DNA from: the human T2T-CHM13v2.0 reference genome, Homo sapiens
Reading direction: 5' to 3' (one strand)
Length of the DNA stretch: 64,000 bases
Assembly: GCF_009914755.1 (NCBI RefSeq)
Contig: NC_060928.1
Part shown: piece after piece, positions 55,171 to 64,000 of the stretch
Layout of the letters: every line of letters starts with the position of its first letter
Numbering within the stretch: the stretch's first letter is position 1
Notes under the pieces: model-generated
The model's database searches: none
Seen by the model: the letters and a program-made list of their open reading frames with translations, nothing else
Told to the model about the DNA's origin: nothing
Position numbers and translations under genes: made by a program

Positions 55171-56695
55171 CATCCTCTAACCTCTTTTGTAGATAACATA
55201 CTGGTTTGTTTAGGGAAACCTTCTTATTTTTATATGCAATTAAATGGTTTTAAAAGGACTAACAAACTTAATATTGTCCGTTACTAAATAATAATCATAA
55301 ATTAATCATAATCCTTTGTTTATCCCAACAAGATCAAACTCATAATTTTGGATCAACACTAGTAAATACCTCATAGCTAATATTTTCATAATCAATACAA
55401 AATTATAAAATGTAACTTCTATAGAAAACACTAAAATCATTTACAAAATAGTACTGAAGAGTCTATATTTAACTACTAGTGGGAATATAAAAAACATGAT
55501 GTGTCAATATTATAGACTAACTATTGACATAATAGGCCAACTAGCAAGAAATTACATGACATCTTCAATATATCTCTCTGAAGAATATTCATCCATACAC
55601 ATTTTGATTTAGGCAATCATAATTTTAAATGCAGCATATATTCTTAGCATAGAGTTAAAAAGAACAAGTTTTAGAATTACAATCAAAGTCTCACAGAAAA
55701 GTTTTTGATGATCAAAATATGTCAATCAGTTAATAAAATGTAGCAACAGAAACATATGCTGGAATAAAGGAAATTCAAACTTTTTCTCAGTGCACTGAAA
55801 ATAGCATAATTGAAAATAATAAGAAAAGAAGCTGTGACATGAAGATGTCAATGCTGCTTTCCTAGTGTTGTAGCCATGTAAAAGTCAATTCAACTCTTTC
55901 ACACCATCCAAAACATAAAGCACATACCACCTGAGCTTTTTGTTTTCGGTTAAAGTAATGAGGCTAAAGACAAACAGGAAAGAGCATATCAAAAGCATCA
56001 TACTTGTATGATCCATCATAATGTAACTGATAATAAAATCACAAGTTTAAATAAATATATCACATCCTCCCTAATACTGGTTTCCCCTGCTATGAACATA
56101 TCATATCAGAAGTCATCAACAATTCCTAGTTTCAGATAAGAAAATAAATTGTCTGTTTCCAATGTAAATTACCAGATGTTTGCTTCCTATCCAGTAAAGA
56201 GAAATCCAATTCTGCATTCTGTGCTTATTGGAGCAAGCTAACTCATTATAATAATGGCAAGAATAAAGAAGGAAAGAAAAAATCCACTAGGCCACACATC
56301 CTGAAGACAAATATACATCTTGTTTACTATTATATATCCCCTATTCACAGCATAGTATTGAATATATAATAAATGCTCAATAAATATTTGACAAATTATT
56401 GCATTATTTTCTTTGATGGCCCATAAATCAAAAAAACATATTAACAGAAAGACTCACAGACAAAATGAGTCATCATAAAGCCAGATAAAATCTTTTGTGC
56501 TATGTCAATATTACTTTTCTTCAAATAATTTTCTAAAAGATTGGGAAAAGATCATAACTGCCCACAATTTTTCAATGTTATAATTCAACTGTTAACTAAC
56601 TCATAAGTTTGTTGTCTTCTAATTGAAGTTAGATATATTTGAAGGTAAGACTAATTATAAAATAAGCACTCCCTTTATGTATGGCTTTAAATATA

Positions 56696-56846
56696 TTTTT
56701 AAATTATTCTTTAAGTTCTAGGGTACATGGGCACAAAGTACAGGTTTGTTACATATGTATACATGTGCCATGTTGGTGTGCTGCACCCATTAACTCATCA
56801 TTTACATTAGGTATATCACCTAATGCTATCCCTCCCCCCTCCCCCT
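56696..56846 (-). mobile_element. Very short L1PA 3'-terminal fragment
   Basis: ctttaagttctagggtacatg...aatgctatccctccccc. Confidence 0.92.
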
Positions 56847-56889
56847 TTTGAGCCTACTACTTGCAAGCTTTGAGATACTATTGATCCCA

Positions 56890-57140
56890 ATAACGGTTGC
56901 CATTTATGGAATAACAATTATGTATCAGCCATTATATATACTGGATGCTTTAAATCAGTTATCACTTTCAAACTTCACAATAACATGCTTCACTAGATAT
57001 TATTATTCATATTTCACATGTAAGGAAACCTAAGGATCACAAAGGTTTTGCCCCTTGCCTCACATCACATGGCTGGTTAAGGTGAGGAACAGAGATGTGC
57101 ATCCCAAACCTATCTAACTTTAAAGCCCAAAATCTTAACT
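56890..57140 (-). mobile_element. MIR
   Basis: aaacttcacaataac...aaggaaacctaagg...tcacatggctggt. Confidence 0.65.
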
Positions 57141-59609
57141 ATTATAGTTAATTTTATTCTGTACACATATGTAAGCCTTCCCATGATGGTTTTCTCACAT
57201 GCAATTTGTTTTCTTAGGTAACATATGCAAAGTGAAAAACAACGTCTGCCCTGTCCACATAATCAGAAGATAACAGCAGTTTATGTGTCAGTCAGAAGAG
57301 CTAGAAAGAATCCTAATAAAATAAACAGATCTTCCACATCATAGTAGGTATGAGGAAGAAATAAGACCATCTTTTTCTGATAGTACTGCATAAAAAGTAA
57401 CTGATTCTCAAACTTGGATCTCTCAGTGAAGCCTATTTAAATGAGGCCCTTCAGCAATTAAATTTCTTTCAAGATGTGAAAAACCTAGAAGGTAAAGGGG
57501 TCTACATTGGCAGAGGATGGGTTCGGATTTAAGGTAAAGCATTAAAATAATAGCATATTTTGGATGACTGGCTCTTATGGAAGAGAATCTAACTCAGCTT
57601 AATGTATATTTCATACCAATGTAATATAAAATGAAAACATCAAAAATGTTAAAATATTTTAAATGGTTATATTTTCCCACGAATCTGACTACCATATAAA
57701 GAAGAAAAGATGACTGCTGTTTTAGTCAGAACTTCCTGAAAAGTTGTGCACCATCTCACCAACGACAGTAATGGCGAAATATCATTTAAGTGAAAAAAAA
57801 TGTACATGATTATAGCAATCTGAATTAGTAGCTGCCACATCCATGGTGATTCCATTTACAGGTTTAAGAATCTATTTGCATCATCTTCAGGCATATAGGA
57901 GTTTCCCAGCATTTACATGCTAATAATGCATATGTTCCCTTTATTTTTATATTTTAATTAGGGTATTAATTTTTAATGAGTACAATAGGTTATCTCAGGA
58001 CAGTAAAGGGAAGATTACCAAACATTTATTATACAAAGGAAATACTGAATATAGAGAACTCCTGGTTTAAAATATACAGATACTTAAAATCTAGCATTCT
58101 GGCTTACATATTTATAAATTTATATATTCATTCATTCATTTTTTTACTGCATTACTTGGAGGATTTATGTTTACATTAGCAAACACACCAACTGCCTGGC
58201 TGACATTCTTCTCAACTACAACCTTCTTACTACCTATGCCTTTACTTTTATCTCCTTCTCATATTTCACTTTATCTTCTCTGCATGTTACTAGATATAAA
58301 GCCTTCAACATGTGGTACACACATGTTCCACTGGCTTCAGTAAACCCACATAACCACAGGCCCTTCTGTTGCTCTCCTACCATTATTCCTCTGGGAGGTT
58401 TTCCCTTACTGCAATTTCTACTTGTACAGTTGACAAAACATTAAGACCATGCCAAATTTGAATTCTTAACTCTAAGTGTATTCTTTCTAGGTGTACATGA
58501 CACATTTCTTTGTTTATACATTGACACATTCACAAATCAAAACTTGATGACTCCTAGTTTTTTAGATATCTTGGCATAAAGACAACTTTATTTTAATTAG
58601 AAGTAAAAATAAGAAAAAATCCAATTCAGTCTTAGCATTGTATATACTAATTATCACATTCAAGTTTATAATTAGTCATTCTGAGGGTAAACATCCCTTG
58701 ATTGCTCAAGATAAAATTTCAAAACAATGTTTCTTGGTATAATGCAACCCCTCTTCTAGCTATATATAATTCCTTTCTATCCTCATCCACCTGCTTGCTC
58801 CTCTTAGGATGGCCAGTAGCCAGAGATACAGAGCTCCAGTGGCACACAGATATACTTTAGTGTACTCAAACTTTGAGAGGGCAACGGAGGTAGGGAGGGG
58901 ATGCCTACTCCTAAACCCACAATTCAGTATTCTGCTATCAAACTTTTAAAAAGCAACAGAAATAGAAGCGTGTAGGAGACAATCATCTTTCTAAGCACTA
59001 AACAGGGCCCTGAGATCTCTTCATGGTTCCTAATCTACAGGCAGAGATCTCTGTCTATGTGCCTCCCACATTTGGATGCATCTATACCAGGAACCACAAT
59101 CCATATCACTCAGGTCCAGAATGCATCTACTTTTTTGCCCCACTTCAGTTGAAAAGGCTTTTGTGGAGTTTGATCCACATCAACTGCACTATGAGAAGTA
59201 GTCAAAAATATAAAGCCTGAAATACACGGTAAATGCCCTAAAAAAAGTATAGTCTAGGGCAGAACCAGGTATATACACATTGCTATTCTATAAGTCATAC
59301 AGTATACAGTATTACAGATTTTTAAACAAATTATAAGACATCAGTGTGAACATCATGAAGGAAGAGACATTTCACTTAGACTGTGAAGGATAAATATGCA
59401 ATGAGGAAATAAAGGGTTTTATGTGGTGGAACAATGTAAACCAATTTGTAATGTGGAAAGATATTACTGGCAATAATGCTGACAGTTAATCTTTACGCAC
59501 AAATATAACAAAGCTGGTAACCAAGTGACCCATTCTTTAAAATTAAACAAAGACAAAAAATAAAAACTTTGTCACCCTTGTACCACAGGGTCATACAAAA
59601 TCATGCCTC

Positions 59610-60240
59610 ACTTATTCAATAGATTTTATGGCTCCTATATACTAGGCACTATGCTAGACATTAGAGATTTAAAAAAAAAAAACAGAATTGCTCCTACTTT
59701 CCAAGGAACTCCCATCAAAAGAGACAAGTACAAATCAAGGTAATAAGTACTATAAAGAGAAATGAGACAAAGTACAATGAAAATTTTAGTCTAGGTTTTA
59801 AAAGAGGTAAGAGTGTGAGCCAGATGGAGGAAGAACAAAGGTATATTTGGGAAACACCAGTTAATACATGTTAGCCAAGCACAAAAAAGAGAAGAGATTA
59901 TCTAATAATAATAAAAAATAAAACAGGTAACATGAGAAAAGATGGCAAAGGATGTTGCAGCAAGGAAAACCCAATGTTTAGAAAACAGAATAAGGAGAAT
60001 CTACAAAAGAGGTAAAATGAACAGAAAATCCTAAAGAGAATCCAGGCAGTATGGAAAACAGAGTGAAGATCATCAAATAAAAAGGGAATAGTCATTAACA
60101 ATAAATGCCACAGAAGGTTAGGTAAAGTGAACCCAGATGTGAATCTGGGAACTTGACAGTTGGGAGGTCATAGGAGTCATTTGCCAGAGTATTTCTGTGC
60201 ACGAGGAGGATTGAGACCGATTGAGGGAGACACTGTGAAC
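59610..60240 (-). mobile_element. L2 fragments
   Basis: cttattcaa...ctaggcactatgctagac; aaatgccacagaaggt. Confidence 0.6.
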
Positions 60241-61147
60241 TGACATCAAAGTACCATAGTCATTAGATCTTGGCAATGTATATTTAAAAATAACATTGAA
60301 ACATTTTAAATTTTAAAGAATTGTGCACAATCATAATACAGGAATAAAAACATAAAGACAAAGTACTGACAATCCCGTTTCATTTTATCACTTATTGCAA
60401 CACTCCTAATAACACACTATGGGGTATTTTAAACATTGAATTTTAATTTTTATCCTAAGCTTGCGGGTGGCAAGATTTTCCTTTTGGCAGTTTGGCAGCT
60501 ATACTCCAAAGTGTCCCAAGACCTTAGTAGGTAGCAGCTAGACAGATGGTGAAGGTACAAAGACATTCTGTGTATTATTTTTTTTTCTGGAGGTCTTTGA
60601 AACCACATGGTGTTATTAAAATGTTAAGCTCATTCAGCACTTGACTGTTGGGGTAGTCAAGGTGCTTTAAATGCTCCCTTCATCCCTAGGCATCTTGGAG
60701 ATGAAAGACAACAAAATATGTGATTCACTAAAGATAGAAAAAAGAAAAATAAAAAATGAAGCTTCTGCTGCTCTTAAAATTATTTTATATAATAAACAAT
60801 ATTTTAAATCAACATTCCTTGTTCTTGTTAAATAACAGTAATTCATACCACTCAGAATATTGTGCCAAATCAAATCGCTTGTCCTTATAAACAAAGGTCT
60901 TCTTTTCTGAGGCAGCAAAAGCGGTACCTAAAGTCTTGCACTGTATTTTTATAGTCAATAAGGTAATATAATTATTTTGATGAGTAAAATCATAAAAAGG
61001 CAACCTCAAACATATATTAATCCATGCACTAAGGTAAAAAAAATCATAACAAGATGTTAAGACATAAAATGTTTATAAAGTCTTGTCTTAAAGAGTACTT
61101 TTTACAGTATAAGTAATTTAAGAATCCCTAGCATAAAAATCACTTAC

Positions 61148-61265
61148 CTAGCTCTTCATTTTCAATGACTTCAAATGTGGCCCAAATATCACCTTTTGTA
61201 GGAATAATATTTTTTATCGCTAATATATCATTAGTTAATTCTTCTGCTTCCATCACAGGAGATAT
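61148..61265 (-). CDS. ARAP2: ARAP2 coding exon (118 nt), RA domain; gene continues beyond the window
   Basis: ttacag|ATA...TAG|gtaagt; ISPVMEAEELTNDILAIKNIIPTKGDIWATFEVIENEEL(E); phase 0-1. Confidence 0.96.
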
Positions 61266-63589
61266 CTGTAAGAGAAGTAATATTTTTTCAAAAAACGTGT
61301 TAGACACAGAAGTAGCCTTATGCTAGGTCAATAATATTCCCCATCCACCATTTAATGATATCTTGAATTTATTTTGAGCATGGTTAAAACCAGCTTCCCT
61401 AATCCCATACAGAAAACAGCATGTTCAGATCTTTTCCATAAAATGTACATAAGTACAAAAAGAGATTACAATATAGACATAAGAGAATTTTTTAATCTCT
61501 TACTGAGCAATTAGACCACTCAGAAGGAAAGAATGTACCTAATTACATTCGGAATGACCTTCGCCAGACAATGAATCCAACAGTCATCTACATGTAAAAT
61601 TTTTACTCAACAGTTCTATAATTAAGAGTGTAGAGTGACTTGGTTTATTCAGCCTAGATTCTAAATTATACACAGTCAATGGCTATCGGTCATGCCAAAA
61701 AGCTCCAGGGTCTTGGTAGTCTGTGGTGTGCCCTGCCATGCCAAGTGACAGATGGTGGGATACCAAAGTATGCTGGAACCAGGATTCCAGGGCAGATGTC
61801 AGAGTCTGCAATGCCAACCTGGGGGTCGGTTCTACGAAAGTCCCAAAGCCTGAGGCCACTGTATAAGCACATCACCTCTTCAGGGACTTTTGGAATTTTT
61901 TATTTGTTTCTTTTTGTTTTTGCTTATGCCAATCTTAAGTGCATGCTGGCCAAAAGCAAAATGGCTTTCTTCAATTAGAATTTAGTCATAATGATGTTTT
62001 AAACATTATAATACTGCAGTTGCAACTTGATTTGCACATTTTCAGTAAAAGGATGTCTCTACTAAAAGTTCTTTAAAAATGTATTTGTTTCCATTTCTCT
62101 TGCCCATAATTACCCATAAGCATATTGCACATACATAAATGACAAAAAACCTATTTCACTGCAGGTAACTCGCAAAGTCTACCTTTTGTATTTTATGAAA
62201 TTTAGTGCTTTTTTGGAATATAATTATACAATGAAGTCCACTATTTTCTATTTAGAAAAGCCCAAAGAAATATAAACTTAAAAGAAAAAAACTTGTTATA
62301 GCATCTAGGAATAACAGAGAACACCAAGCAGTATGGAGTAGTTGAATCATTTCAGTGATGCTGTTGATATGCATGAACAAACAATATTTTTAAGGCTAGC
62401 ACTTTCTTTAAAAAATAATAAATTATTGAGAAACCCACTTGTGAAACAGGCAGCAGGAAGCACCTTGGTCTGAAACAGGAAAACCAGAACTCTATTCCTT
62501 GCATCAAGAGAGACCAAAAGCTCCTCTTTAGTAACACCTAACACTCCACACTTGGGAAATTATTACTCTACAGAATATACAGATCAGTATACTGAACGTC
62601 CAGTCGGGATTATGATGACCCAGGTTTGTATTTCTGGCCTTAGTATTCTTACTTCCCAGTTTCCATTCTTATAAACTCGGAACATCACCTGCTTCATCTA
62701 CCTCCATGGGTTGAGGTAATAATTAGCAGAGATAAATGTAACTAAAGGGTTTTGCAGAATCATAAGCATTAAAACCTAAGTAATTGGTTTTAAATAGTTT
62801 TTGTTATTTTCTAAAGAGCATTTGGAGTTACTATAGGTGAAACTGGAAAGTCCTTTATCTAAACACACCGGATAACATAAGAACATGGCTCAATTATAAC
62901 TTCTGCTGTGACTTTAGAAGATAAAATTAAAATGCGCTATTAAAGAGCCTTTGTATAGATTTAAGTCACAAGCTTTGAATACCTTCTCCAGCATTAGTGA
63001 TGAACTTGTGCTAATTGGTCTTTACTAGTTCCTCACATCTCTTATGATCAGCATTATGCATTCAGTATAAGAAATATGACATGGCCAAGGAGTGGCAAGG
63101 CAAATGCCTCATAAAGACAAAACCTATAATTATAGTATTAATATTTCAGCTTCATGTACTAAGTAATGTACTTAATGGTGTATAGTTACAATTCATAATC
63201 ATTAGAAACACAAAACTTAAAATCAATATATATTTAACTTAAGTCCAAATATATCTAATGTTGTGACTGTTTAATCCTGGACTTTAAAAAAGATAAGTAG
63301 CTAAAGCCAAATTTCTGTTACATGGCAGAATGTCTACTGTTCATACAAATAAAGCAGTCTTACCAAATAGCGACCTGAAATATCAGTTACTATATGTAAG
63401 GCAGACAAATTACTAAATATAGTAGCATGTCAAACATCTATTTTTAATTCATCACAAATGATCAGTACTCTCAAGGGAGAAAAGAGTTATCCAAATAAAT
63501 ATCCCAGACTTATATTCAAATCAATTGGAAGACTGGATGCTAAAGTATAGAAAACAAGGGTGAGAGATTATTATTAATTATAACAGCAC

Positions 63590-63790
63590 TAGTAGCAATA
63601 GTTATTTATTAAACACTTACATGCTGAGCAATGTGCTAAGGGTTTTACATGCATTATCTTATTGAATCCTCACATCAATGCTATGATGTAATACTGTGAT
63701 TTTTCCTAATTTTACAGGTGAGAAGACTGAGGCTCAGAGCAAATAACTTGTCTAACGTTAGGAAGCTAGGAAGGGGAGGAACAAGTATTT
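63590..63790 (-). mobile_element. MIR
   Basis: tgtgctaag...ttgaatcctcaca...ttttacaggtgagaagactgaggctcagag. Confidence 0.85.
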
Positions 63791-64000
63791 AAGCTTGGGG
63801 TATTTTCCAGAACGTGAAGAAAATCTTAACACGTAATCCAAAGCACATAAGATGTTCTCTTTCCAAACGATCAAAATACAGAATTCCTGGGGGATATCAC
63901 TATAAAAAGTCTATGTTGTCAGTCGTTTGAACTGGAGAGGTAATATAAAATATAATAATGGAAAATTCAAAATATATAAAATAATGCTAACATTTGTGAC

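Overview
AT-rich primate (human-like) genomic DNA. The window holds the 3' part of ARAP2 (CENTD1) on the minus strand: eight coding exons that splice by GT-AG into one open frame of 358 codons plus stop (end of the RA domain, the last PH domain and the C-terminal tail ending ...DEQILK*), followed by a 3'UTR of about 1.9 kb. Immediately downstream, on the same strand, is a 5'-truncated processed pseudogene of LIMS2 (PINCH2). The rest is intronic/intergenic sequence dense in Alu, L1, L2, MIR, solo LTRs and DNA-transposon remnants, several nested and with readable target-site duplications (TSDs). I see no evidence for a new biological system. The best leads are the ARAP2/LIMS2-retrocopy junction, 3'UTR processing signals and a few DNA-repair or retrotransposition scars. 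Gene and repeat-family names come from recalled sequences, not database searches. Exon boundaries were read base by base; boundaries of old repeats are approximate.
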